Assembly: GCF_048264985.1 (NCBI RefSeq)
Contig: NZ_JBLXCL010000009.1
Location: forward strand, 3,953-67,952
Reading direction: 5' to 3'
DNA: 64,000 bases
From: Pelagibacterium sp.
GTDB taxonomy: Bacteria > Pseudomonadota > Alphaproteobacteria > Rhizobiales > Devosiaceae
Part shown: positions 55,123-64,000 of the stretch, one piece after another
How the letters are laid out: every line of letters begins with the position of its first letter
Position numbering within the stretch: the first letter of the stretch is position 1
Program-made: the position numbers and the translations under genes
The notes under the pieces: generated by a model
Seen by the model: the letters and a program-made list of their open reading frames with translations, nothing else
What the model was told of the DNA's origin: nothing
Databases searched by the model: none

Positions 55123-57090
55123 TTGGCGCAAGCTGATACGCCGCAGACCCGACACTGGGACTTTTCAATCGATGTCGAGCAGATCGGCTGGCTGACGCTG
55201 GACGTTCAGGACAATTCGGTTAACGTACTTAGTCGAGACGTGATTGCCGAGCTCGAAACAATGATTGGCCATATCGAGCGACTTGGCCAGGCGGGCAGTC
55301 TGGTGGGCGTCGTGCTGCTCTCGGGAAAACCGGGCTTTATTGCCGGTGCAGATATCTCTGAATTCGATCAGATGAGCGACCCGGCGATCTTACCCGAGGC
55401 GCTCGGGCGTACTCACGCTGTGTTTCAGAGAATCGAAGATCTGCAAATTCCGTTCGTTTGCGGCATTTCCGGGTTTTGCGTGGGGGGCGGCCTTGAGCTC
55501 GCATTGGCCTGCCATTATCGGATTGCTGTCAATGACGAGGGGACAAAACTGGGTTTCCCCGAAGTCAATCTGGGCATTTTTCCCGGTTTTGCAGGGACGG
55601 GACGCTCGATCCGGCAGGCGGGACCGGTCGATGCCATGCAGCTCATGCTGACGGGCAAGATCGTGCGCGCCACTCAGGCGCGAAAGCTCAATCTTGTCGA
55701 CAAACTGGTGCGTCATCGTGACATGCTGGCTTGGGAGGGGCGCAGAGCCGTTCTTTCAAAACGTAAATCCGAACCCGCCCTGTTTACAAAGCGCGCCATG
55801 GCCCTGGGCCCGATCCGTTCGCGCGTTGCCGACAAAATGCGTGAGGAGGCGGGAAAGAAAGCGCCGAAAAATCACTATCCGGCACCTTACGCGCTCATCG
55901 ATCTGTTCGAGAAATATGGAGACGATCCCAAGCAGATGATCGCCCATGAGACGGCTGCTTTTGTTCCGTTGATGGCTTCGCCCACTGCGCAAAACCTTCG
56001 TCGCGTGTTCTTTCTCTCTGAAAGCTTGAAACGGTTGGGCGTCAAAGGGAAAGACAAGCCGAAATTCACCCGCGTTCATGTCGTCGGTGCGGGCGTGATG
56101 GGGGGCGATATCGCAGCCTGGTGCGCCTATCGTGGGATGGCGGTAACGCTGCAGGACATGGACATGGACCGGATCAAGCCCGCGCTGGGCCGGGCCAAGA
56201 AGCTGTTCAAAAAGCGTCTCAAGACCAAACAGGCAGTCGACGCGGCCATGGCGAGGCTCGAAGCCGATGTCGAGGGTAAGGGCATCGCGCGCTGTGATGT
56301 GCTGATCGAGGCGGTCGTTGAAAAGCTTGAGATCAAACAGCAGATTTTTTCAAACGCAGAAAAGCAATTGAAGCCCAACGCGATCATGGCGACCAATACC
56401 TCGTCGATCGAACTTGAGCGGATCGCTGAAGCGCTGCAAAATCCCAACAGGCTGATTGGGCTGCATTTCTTCAATCCCGTGGCGCAATTGCCGCTGGTCG
56501 AGGTGATCCGTTCGACGCTGAATGACGACGAGGCGATTCGGGTTGGCGCGTCGTTCGTGCTGGCCATTGGTAAAAGTCCGGTCGTCGTCAAATCGGCACC
56601 GGGCTTTCTCGTAAACCGGGCCCTTATGCCCTACATGCTCGAGGCCATAGATCGTGTGGAAAAGGGCGAAAGTCCCGAACAGCTCGATGCAGCGGCTGTC
56701 GCTTTTGGCATGCCCATGGGGCCGATCGAGTTGATGGACACTGTCGGGCTCGACGTTGGGGCATTCGTGGCCAAAGAGTTGGGCCAGAAGGTGCCAGAGG
56801 ACAGCAAATTCGCGCGACTGGTGGCGTCGGGCAAGCTGGGACGGAAGACCGGACAGGGCTTTTATGCCTGGGTGGATGGCAAGGCGCAGAAAGAGAAGGC
56901 GCCTGCTCACGCCAATCTTGAAGGATTGGGGCGTGATTTGGTTCAGCCGCTGGTCGACACAGCAGAAGTTATCGTTTCCGAGGGCGTGGTTGAAAGCGCT
57001 GACATGGCCGATATCGGCATGATCCTGGGAACCGGCTTTGCGCCGTTTCTGGGCGGACCGCTCAAGGCACGCGAGGACGGAAGGGCTTAA
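55123..57090 (+). CDS. fadJ: Enoyl-CoA hydratase / 3-hydroxyacyl-CoA dehydrogenase (FadJ/FadB-like)
   Basis: FIAGADI, GGGLELALACHYR, GFPEVNLGIFPG, VGAGVMGGDI, ATNTSSI, GLHFFNPV, GFLVNR. Confidence 0.8.
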   Translation: MAQADTPQTRHWDFSIDVEQIGWLTLDVQDNSVNVLSRDVIAELETMIGHIERLGQAGSLVGVVLLSGKPGFIAGADISEFDQMSDPAILPEALGRTHAVFQRIEDLQIPFVCGISGFCVGGGLELALACHYRIAVNDEGTKLGFPEVNLGIFPGFAGTGRSIRQAGPVDAMQLMLTGKIVRATQARKLNLVDKLVRHRDMLAWEGRRAVLSKRKSEPALFTKRAMALGPIRSRVADKMREEAGKKAPKNHYPAPYALIDLFEKYGDDPKQMIAHETAAFVPLMASPTAQNLRRVFFLSESLKRLGVKGKDKPKFTRVHVVGAGVMGGDIAAWCAYRGMAVTLQDMDMDRIKPALGRAKKLFKKRLKTKQAVDAAMARLEADVEGKGIARCDVLIEAVVEKLEIKQQIFSNAEKQLKPNAIMATNTSSIELERIAEALQNPNRLIGLHFFNPVAQLPLVEVIRSTLNDDEAIRVGASFVLAIGKSPVVVKSAPGFLVNRALMPYMLEAIDRVEKGESPEQLDAAAVAFGMPMGPIELMDTVGLDVGAFVAKELGQKVPEDSKFARLVASGKLGRKTGQGFYAWVDGKAQKEKAPAHANLEGLGRDLVQPLVDTAEVIVSEGVVESADMADIGMILGTGFAPFLGGPLKAREDGRA

Positions 57091-57093
57091 ATC

Positions 57094-58380
57094 ATGACAC
57101 AGACATTGCGCAAAGTCGCCATCGTAGGATCGGCGCGCATCCCGTTCTGCCGTGCATACACGGGATATGAAAACGAAACGAACCTTTCGATGCTTTCGTC
57201 CGCGATTGGCGGGCTGGCCGACAAGTATGGTCTGAAGGGACAAAAAGTCGGGGAAGTCATGGCCGGCTCGGTCATTTCCCATTCGAAGGACTTCAATCTG
57301 GCGCGCGAAGCTCTGCTCGATGCGGGCTTGTCGCCGCATACGCCGGGTACGACGATCCAGATTGCCTGTGGAACGTCTCTGCAAGCTGCGCTGACCTTGG
57401 GAGCAAAGATCGCCACCGGTGAGATCGACAGCGGTATCGCTGCGGGGTCTGATACAGTCTCCGACAGTCCGGTGGTTTTGGGCCCGAAGATGCAGAAGCG
57501 CATGATCGCGCTATCGCGTTCGCGGACCACGGGGGAGAAATTTTCGGCCTTCAAGGGATTCAACTTCGGTGAAATTACACCCGTTGCGCCATCGACGCAG
57601 GAGCCGCGCACAGGGCTTTCCATGGGCGAACACTGCGAATTGATGGCGAAGCAATGGGGCATTTCGCGCGAAGCGCAGGACCTTCTGGCACTACGCAGTC
57701 ATCAGAACGCTGCTGCCGCCTATGATTCCGGTTTCCATGACGATCTGATCGTTCCCTGTGCGGGCATCTACAAGGACAACAATATCCGTCCCGATACCAG
57801 CCTCGAGAAAATGTCCACGATGAAGCCTGCGTTCGACAAGAAATCGGGGAAGGGCACTTTGACGGCAGCCAATTCAACGCCACTGACCGATGGCGCCTCG
57901 TCGGTTCTATTGGCAAGCGAAGAGTGGGCGCGGGAACGCGGACTACCCATTCTGGGCTATCTGACTATGGGTGCCGTATCAGCCAATGATTTCGCACATG
58001 GCGACGGGCTCTTGATGGCGCCGACCATCGCCGTTTCAGATCTGCTGCGTCGCAGCGGATTAGGCTTTGCCGATATCGATCTGTTCGAGCTGCACGAGGC
58101 TTTTGCAGCGCAGGTTCTGTGCACGCTGGCCGCATGGGAAGATCCTGACTACAATCGGGCCGTTTTGGGGCGAGATGATCCGCTTGGAGCCGTTCCTGTG
58201 GATAAAATTAACGTGTTTGGCTCTTCTCTCGCATACGGTCACCCTTTTGCGGCAACTGGGGCCAGAATATTGGGTATGACAGCCAAGATGTTGAATACAC
58301 TAGAGAAAAGTCGCGCATTGATTTCCGTCTGTACTGCAGGCGGCATGGGTGTGGCCGCAATTGTGGAGAAAGCGTCTTAA
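57094..58380 (+). CDS. fadI: Acetyl-CoA C-acyltransferase (thiolase, FadI-like)
   Basis: ARIPF, IACGTSLQA (catalytic Cys), LTDGASSVLL, ELHEAFAAQVL, YGHPFAATG, VCTAGGMG. Confidence 0.82.
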   Translation: MTQTLRKVAIVGSARIPFCRAYTGYENETNLSMLSSAIGGLADKYGLKGQKVGEVMAGSVISHSKDFNLAREALLDAGLSPHTPGTTIQIACGTSLQAALTLGAKIATGEIDSGIAAGSDTVSDSPVVLGPKMQKRMIALSRSRTTGEKFSAFKGFNFGEITPVAPSTQEPRTGLSMGEHCELMAKQWGISREAQDLLALRSHQNAAAAYDSGFHDDLIVPCAGIYKDNNIRPDTSLEKMSTMKPAFDKKSGKGTLTAANSTPLTDGASSVLLASEEWARERGLPILGYLTMGAVSANDFAHGDGLLMAPTIAVSDLLRRSGLGFADIDLFELHEAFAAQVLCTLAAWEDPDYNRAVLGRDDPLGAVPVDKINVFGSSLAYGHPFAATGARILGMTAKMLNTLEKSRALISVCTAGGMGVAAIVEKAS

Positions 58381-58541
58381 ACAGTGCTTGTCAAAGCTGA
58401 TTGAGCAAGGATAGGCTCCATGTCGAGATCAACGGGGAATGATTTTCCCCGTTGATCTTTATTTGAGCTGCTCCGTTTCAAAAAGAGGGCAGCCATGGGC
58501 TGGAAGCATCACAGACGTCCACTACAAAGGAGACGACCATT

Positions 58542-60161
58542 ATGACACGTACTACAAAGCTTTTGGCGGCACTTGCCGCGACGACATTCCTCGTCGCGCC
58601 CGCCATGGCCGCAAATGTTCCGGACGGCGTTACGCTGGCCGATGACCAGAGCTTCACTTATCGCGTTCTCGACGAGCACAGCTCGGTCGATCCCCAGATC
58701 GTTGAAGATGTGTCGGGCTCGGAAATCGTGCGCGACCTGTTCGAAGGCTTGTTGACTCAGAACGCTGACGGCGAACTTGTTGGCGGCGTTGCCAGCGACT
58801 GGAGCGCCAATGAGGACAACACCGAATGGACGTTCACCCTGCGTGACAACGCCATGTGGTCCGACGAAACGCCTGTCACGGCCGGCGATTTCGTTTACGC
58901 TTGGCAGCGTCTGGTCAATCCTGAACTGGCATCGCCCTACGCATGGTTCGGTGAGCTGATGTCGATCGAGAATGCCGGCGCCATTATCGCTGGCGAGATG
59001 GACATCTCCGAACTCGGTGTAGAAGCTGTCGACGATCATACCCTCGTTGTCCGCTTGAGCGATCCGCTTCCCTATTTCGCCGCGATGACCACACACGCAT
59101 CGACCTTCCCCTCGCCCAGCTGGGTGATTGAAGAGCATGGCGATCAGTGGACACGTCCGGAGAACATTGTCACCAACGGTGCCTACATTCTCTCCGAACA
59201 CGTTCCGCAAGAGCGCTCGGTTCGGGTCAAGTCAGACACGTACTGGGATTCGGAAAATACCGTTCTTGAGACCGTGACGGCTCTTGTCATCAATGACGAA
59301 AACCAGGCTCTGACACGCTTCATGGCCGGTGAACTCGACCGTACGGAAATCCCGACTGGCGAATATCCGCGCCTGGCCGAGGAATACCCCGATACAGCGA
59401 TCTCGTTCCCGCGCCTGTGCACCTATTATTACAATATCAACCTGCGTGAAAATGGCCCCGAAGCCCTCAAGGACGTCAAAGTTCGCCAGGCTCTCGCATA
59501 TGCCGTCGACCGCAACGTGATCACCGATCAGATCCTACAGGGCGGCCAGATTCCGGCTTACACATTTACGCCGGGTTCGACAGCCAACTTTGAAGTGCCT
59601 TCGGTTGCGTTTGGTGAAATGAGCCAGGCAGAGCGTGACGAAATGGCCGTGCAGCTTCTCGAAGAAGCTGGCTATGGTTCGGATAATCCGCTCGAACTCT
59701 CGATCCTGTACAACACTGACGAAGCTCACCGCGAACTTGCTACCGTTATCTCGCAGATGTGGCAGCAGAAGCTCGGTGTGCAGACCACACTCGACAACAT
59801 GGAATGGAATACGTTCCTTGATGCACGCGGCAATGGCGATTTCGAAATTGCCCGTGCCGGTTGGTGCGGTGACTACAACGAAGCCTCCACGTTCCTTGAC
59901 CTGATGGACACCAACTCCGGCTACAACGACTCCGCTTACAGCAATGCGGAAGTCGATGATCTGCTTGCCGAAGCCAAGACGATGTCCGATCCGAGCGCCA
60001 ACTACACGGCAATCGAGGAAATCATCGCTGAAGAAATGCCTGTTCTTCCGCTCTACCACTACGCTGGCGTGTACATGCTGAATCCGCAGATTCAGGAATG
60101 GCCCGTCAACAATGTTGAGCAGAACTGGTACTCCAAGGACCTTTACAAGGTCGCAGAGTAA
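58542..60161 (+). CDS. oppA: Oligopeptide ABC solute-binding protein
   Basis: Signal peptide, DLFEGLL, WSDETPVTAGDFVYAWQRL, NGAY, RAGWCGDY; very acidic. Confidence 0.92.
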   Translation: MTRTTKLLAALAATTFLVAPAMAANVPDGVTLADDQSFTYRVLDEHSSVDPQIVEDVSGSEIVRDLFEGLLTQNADGELVGGVASDWSANEDNTEWTFTLRDNAMWSDETPVTAGDFVYAWQRLVNPELASPYAWFGELMSIENAGAIIAGEMDISELGVEAVDDHTLVVRLSDPLPYFAAMTTHASTFPSPSWVIEEHGDQWTRPENIVTNGAYILSEHVPQERSVRVKSDTYWDSENTVLETVTALVINDENQALTRFMAGELDRTEIPTGEYPRLAEEYPDTAISFPRLCTYYYNINLRENGPEALKDVKVRQALAYAVDRNVITDQILQGGQIPAYTFTPGSTANFEVPSVAFGEMSQAERDEMAVQLLEEAGYGSDNPLELSILYNTDEAHRELATVISQMWQQKLGVQTTLDNMEWNTFLDARGNGDFEIARAGWCGDYNEASTFLDLMDTNSGYNDSAYSNAEVDDLLAEAKTMSDPSANYTAIEEIIAEEMPVLPLYHYAGVYMLNPQIQEWPVNNVEQNWYSKDLYKVAE

Positions 60162-60175
60162 TCAGGGCAATCCTA

Positions 60176-60211
60176 GGCGTCTCGCACCTCGCGTGCGGGA
60201 CGCCCCCTTTT
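60176..60211 (+). terminator. Stem-loop after oppA
   Basis: GGCGTCTCGCAC-CTCGC-GTGCGGGACGCC followed by CCCTTTT. Confidence 0.6.
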
Positions 60212-60327
60212 CGGGGTAAAGAAATGACAGGGCGCCGCCTCACACGCGCCTTTGCACCAATATTGCAAAGCGCTGTTTTCCGCTTCGTCGGATCCTCGGC
60301 TGCGTCGTGCGCGCACGGACTTTCGAC

Positions 60328-61251
60328 ATGTTGAAATACATCCTCAAGCGTCTCGGGGTCGCCATCCCGACGCTTTTGCTTTTGATTATCTTTTCGTTCG
60401 TTCTGATGCGGCTGGCGCCTGGTGGGCCATTCAATTCCGAACGTCCTCTGCCGCCGCAAGTGCTGGCAAACATCGAAGCCAAATATGGTCTCGATCAGCC
60501 TTGGCACATGCAGCTCTGGGAATACATGGTGGGTATCATTACCCGCTTTGATTTCGGACCGTCCTTTGCCTATACGGATCGCTCGGTCAACGACATCATC
60601 GCTCAAGGCTTTCCGGTTACTCTTACCTACGGCACATGGGCATTTGTGCTCGCTGTACTGCTCGGGTGTTCGCTGGGTGTCGCTGCCGCCGTCCGGCACA
60701 ATTCATGGCTCGACTATTTCGCTGTCGGCACATCCATCGGTGCGCAGGTCCTGCCGAACTTCGTTATGGCTCCGATCCTGGTTATCATCCTTACCCTCTG
60801 GCTAGGCTGGCTGCCCGGTGGCGGGTGGTATGGCGGACAATGGAATTATGTTGTCATGCCGGTGATCGCGCTGGGTACTTCATACATGGCGTCTATTGCC
60901 CGTATTACGCGCTCTTCGATGCTTGAAGTCCTCAATTCGAACTTCATCCGAACGGCGCGCGCCAAGGGGATGCCGGCTAGCCATGTCATCGTGCGGCATG
61001 CGCTCAAGCCTGCGCTTATGCCCCTGTTGTCCTATCTCGGACCAGCTTTCGTCGGTATGGTCACCGGCTCGGTGATTATCGACGTGTACTTCTCCACTGG
61101 CGGCATCGGGCAGCTGTTCACAAATTCGGCCTTTAACCGGGATTATTCGGTCATCATGGGCATCACGATTCTGCTGGGCACGTTGACCATCATGTTCAAC
61201 CTGATCGTGGACATTCTCTATGCGTGGATCGATCCACGTATCCGCTACTAG
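60328..61251 (+). CDS. oppB: Oligopeptide ABC permease
   Basis: MRLAPGGPF, DFGPSF, FIRTARAKG, NRDYSVIMG, AWIDPRIRY. Confidence 0.93.
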   Translation: MLKYILKRLGVAIPTLLLLIIFSFVLMRLAPGGPFNSERPLPPQVLANIEAKYGLDQPWHMQLWEYMVGIITRFDFGPSFAYTDRSVNDIIAQGFPVTLTYGTWAFVLAVLLGCSLGVAAAVRHNSWLDYFAVGTSIGAQVLPNFVMAPILVIILTLWLGWLPGGGWYGGQWNYVVMPVIALGTSYMASIARITRSSMLEVLNSNFIRTARAKGMPASHVIVRHALKPALMPLLSYLGPAFVGMVTGSVIIDVYFSTGGIGQLFTNSAFNRDYSVIMGITILLGTLTIMFNLIVDILYAWIDPRIRY

Positions 61252-61262
61252 GAGGCCGACCA

Positions 61263-62207
61263 ATGGTATTAAGGCCAGTACGGGTTGAGGCTTCAGCCGA
61301 TCCCATCGATGTCGATGACGCCAATTACGAGATCGCCTCCAAGGGGCGGTCATTGTGGGCGGATGCCGCAGGGCGGTTTTTCAAGCACGCACCTTCTGTT
61401 GTCAGTTTGATCGTGCTCATTTTGGTGGCGCTGTTTGCGTTCACCGGACATTTCTTTGCAGTGTGGTCCAATTCGGAAATCGATTGGTCGGTTCTGGGCA
61501 ATGTCCGCGTGGCTGGGGCGCCATCCCTTGAATCGGGTCACTTTTTCGGTACCGATGATCTGGGGCGTGACCTATTTTCGCGGGTGGTTCAAGGCAGCCA
61601 GATATCACTTATGGTCGGGTTCGTTGGTGCGGGCATCGCTGTAGTCGTTGGTACCTTCTATGGAGCGGTCGCCGGTTATTTTGGCGGTCGCGTCGACTCC
61701 ATCATGATGCGGATCGTCGATATACTGCTTTCGATTCCCTACATGTTCGTACTCATCCTGCTGCTCGTTGTTTTTGGGCGCTCGATTACGATGCTCTATG
61801 TGGGCATCGGGCTGCTGTCTTGGCTGGACATGTCGCGCATCGTGCGTGGGCAGACGCTATCGCTCAAAGAAAAGGAATTCGTTGAAGCTGCGCGAGCCGG
61901 CGGCGCCGGGCACTTTACGATCATCTTCCGCCATATCGTGCCCAATCTGATGGGTATCGTCGTAGTCTATGCGACGCTTCTTGTGCCCCAGATGATCCTG
62001 ACCGAGAGCTTTATTTCCTTCCTCGGCCTGGGTGTTCAGGAACCGCTCACCTCATGGGGCGCGCTGATTTCCCAGGGTGCGGGCACCGTGATGTATGGAA
62101 CGCTTTGGCAATTGTTGTTCCCGCTGTTCTTCTTCGTCGTCACTCTGTTCAGCTTCTACTTCATCGGCGACGGGCTGCGCGACGCGCTTGACCCGCGTGA
62201 CAGATGA
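61263..62207 (+). CDS. oppC: Oligopeptide ABC permease
   Basis: HFFGTDDLGRDLF, EFVEAARAGG, ESFISFLGLG, GDGLRDALDPR. Confidence 0.93.
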   Translation: MVLRPVRVEASADPIDVDDANYEIASKGRSLWADAAGRFFKHAPSVVSLIVLILVALFAFTGHFFAVWSNSEIDWSVLGNVRVAGAPSLESGHFFGTDDLGRDLFSRVVQGSQISLMVGFVGAGIAVVVGTFYGAVAGYFGGRVDSIMMRIVDILLSIPYMFVLILLLVVFGRSITMLYVGIGLLSWLDMSRIVRGQTLSLKEKEFVEAARAGGAGHFTIIFRHIVPNLMGIVVVYATLLVPQMILTESFISFLGLGVQEPLTSWGALISQGAGTVMYGTLWQLLFPLFFFVVTLFSFYFIGDGLRDALDPRDR

Positions 62208-62220
62208 GGAAAGGACGATC

Positions 62221-63219
62221 ATGACTATGCTGGAAGTCACCGACCTTTCGGTGTCGTTCAAAACCCCCGACGGCACAGTGCGAGCCGTCAACAAGATGAA
62301 CTTCTCAATCTCGCCGGGCGAAACCCTCGCGATCGTGGGGGAATCTGGATCAGGCAAGAGTCAGACGGTCATGGCCGCCATGGGCCTGCTAGCTGGAAAC
62401 GGCGAGGTCGAAGGTTCGGTCAAGCTCGATGGCCAAGAGCTCATTGGCATGAAGTCCAAGGATCTTAACAAGATCCGTGGGCGCGACATGGCGATGATCT
62501 TTCAAGACCCGATGACCTCGCTCAATCCCTATCTGTCCATAGCGGATCAGATGACCGAAGTGCTCATGTTCCACAAGCGGATGAAGCGCTCCGATGCAAT
62601 GGCCAAGTCTGAGGAGATGCTCAAGACTGTGCATCTCCCGGATCCGGGACGGATTCTGCGTCGCTATCCGCATGAGCTTTCAGGAGGACAACGCCAGCGT
62701 GTGATGATCGCCATGGCGCTGTTGTGCGATCCAAAGGTACTGATTGCCGACGAACCGACGACTGCGCTCGATGTGACAGTGCAGGCGCAAATGCTCAAGC
62801 TTTTTGCCGAGCTGACCGACAAGTTCAACACGGCGCTGGTCATCATTACCCATGATCTGGGGGTAGTGGCGGGCCTCGCCGACGAAATGATGGTCATGTA
62901 TGCTGGACGTGTCGTCGAGCGGGGCGCTGTTGAAGACCTGTTCTACGACCCGCGGCATCCCTATACTTTTGGGCTTCTTCACTCCACGCCGCACGTCAAA
63001 GAGGGTAAGGATCGTCTGGCGCCCATCAAGGGGCTGCCGCCCAACCTCACAAACCTTCCGCCAGGATGTGCATTCAACCCGCGTTGCCCGTTCCGGTTTG
63101 ACCGGTGCGTCAAGGAGCGTCCTGAGCTCGTCGTGAGAGAGCATGACAGGCTAAGTGCATGCTTTTACGAAGGCGAGATGACCGAAGCGGATATGGAAAA
63201 GGAATTGGCGGTCAAATGA
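62221..63219 (+). CDS. oppD: Oligopeptide ABC ATP-binding protein
   Basis: [55 protein letters not shown]. Confidence 0.94.
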   Translation: MTMLEVTDLSVSFKTPDGTVRAVNKMNFSISPGETLAIVGESGSGKSQTVMAAMGLLAGNGEVEGSVKLDGQELIGMKSKDLNKIRGRDMAMIFQDPMTSLNPYLSIADQMTEVLMFHKRMKRSDAMAKSEEMLKTVHLPDPGRILRRYPHELSGGQRQRVMIAMALLCDPKVLIADEPTTALDVTVQAQMLKLFAELTDKFNTALVIITHDLGVVAGLADEMMVMYAGRVVERGAVEDLFYDPRHPYTFGLLHSTPHVKEGKDRLAPIKGLPPNLTNLPPGCAFNPRCPFRFDRCVKERPELVVREHDRLSACFYEGEMTEADMEKELAVK

Positions 63220-64000
63220 ACGATCAAACGCCAATATTGCTGAACGTCCAAAACCTCACAAAGCGATTTGCGATCGCCAATGGGCTGTTCAATAAGCCTT
63301 TGATGTTGACGGCCGTCGACGATGTCAGTTTTGCCGTTAAGCGCGGGGAAACCGTCGGCATCGTCGGTGAGTCGGGGTGCGGCAAATCCACACTGGGCCG
63401 CTGCATTCTCCAGCTCATCGCTCCCGACGACGGCAAGGTGGTCTGGCTGGGCAAAGACCTCACCGAGTTTTCCAAGGACGAGATGCGCAGGGCCCGTCAG
63501 GACCTACAGATCATCTTCCAGGATCCACTGGCTTCGCTCAATCCACGCATGACGGTCGGCGAAATTATCGCCGACCCGCTGCGTACTCTAAAGCCAGAGA
63601 TGAGCGGCGAGCAACGCCGCAAACGTGTGCGGGAGATGATGGATGCCGTCGGGCTGTTGCCTGAAATGGTCAACCGCTATCCGCACGAATTTTCAGGTGG
63701 GCAAGCCCAGCGTATTGGTATCGCACGGGCATTGGTTACGGGTCCAAAGCTGATCTTGTGTGACGAGCCGGTGTCTGCCTTGGACGTTTCGATCCAGGCT
63801 CAGATTCTCAACCTGCTTGCCGATCTCAAGGACGAGTTTGGCCTGACTTTGATCTTTATCAGCCACGACCTCTCGGTCGTACGGCATGTGTCTGATCGTA
63901 TTCTCGTGCTTTATCTGGGGCGCGTAGCGGAGCTTGCGGAGAGCGAAACGCTCTATACCGATCCGCGACACCCCTATAGTCGCGCCTTGCTAACGGCAGT
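63216..64000 (+). CDS. oppF: Oligopeptide ABC ATP-binding protein, partial (runs off the window)
   Basis: GESGCGKS, IFQDPLASLNPR, YPHEFSGGQAQR, CDEPVSALD, ISHDLSVV, HPYSRALL. Confidence 0.93.
   Translation, partial: MNDQTPILLNVQNLTKRFAIANGLFNKPLMLTAVDDVSFAVKRGETVGIVGESGCGKSTLGRCILQLIAPDDGKVVWLGKDLTEFSKDEMRRARQDLQIIFQDPLASLNPRMTVGEIIADPLRTLKPEMSGEQRRKRVREMMDAVGLLPEMVNRYPHEFSGGQAQRIGIARALVTGPKLILCDEPVSALDVSIQAQILNLLADLKDEFGLTLIFISHDLSVVRHVSDRILVLYLGRVAELAESETLYTDPRHPYSRALLTA

Overview
The window looks like about 64 kb from a GC-rich alphaproteobacterium. Gene content and very acidic solute-binding proteins suggest Devosia/Pelagibacterium-like Hyphomicrobiales (inference). From left to right it holds: (1) the right end of an integrated element, with a Zn-ribbon ORF, an Xis-like HTH gene and only the 3' half of a tRNA-Val(CAC) as an attR-like site; (2) a methyltransferase and a collapsed phosphonate locus, where two deletions leave a 5'-truncated phnF, a ~60-bp phnC fragment and the phnD tail, followed by intact phnE, DUF1045, phnM and phnN; (3) a GntR(LacI)-controlled TRAP/sugar-acid catabolic cluster; (4) a LacI-controlled polar-amino-acid-type ABC operon ending in an internally deleted SDR; (5) a ~20-kb locus at 23.9-44.1 kb, which is the main finding; (6) rpoE-chrR with divergent UfaD/UfaO-like genes; (7) an ALDH7-type dehydrogenase, a LiuR-like MerR regulator, fadD/fadE/fadJ/fadI beta-oxidation genes and oppABCDF, with oppF cut by the window edge. 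The main locus combines Pel-like polysaccharide genes (pelE-like, pelF, pelG and a PelD-like protein lacking its c-di-GMP receptor) with a separate GH114 hydrolase and a TPR protein. It has no recognisable PelB porin or PelC. It also encodes a 2057-aa RTX protein carrying five novel 155-aa repeats and a CE4-like deacetylase, a PrtD/PrtE type I secretion system, a glmS and a FixL-like/FixJ/FixK cassette. Both divergent promoters of the locus carry a 14-bp FixK/FNR box, while the FixL-like PAS domain lacks the heme-ligating His. My inference is a Pel-like matrix system that is deacetylated extracellularly and controlled transcriptionally rather than by c-di-GMP. No database searches were run; family calls come from motif recognition.
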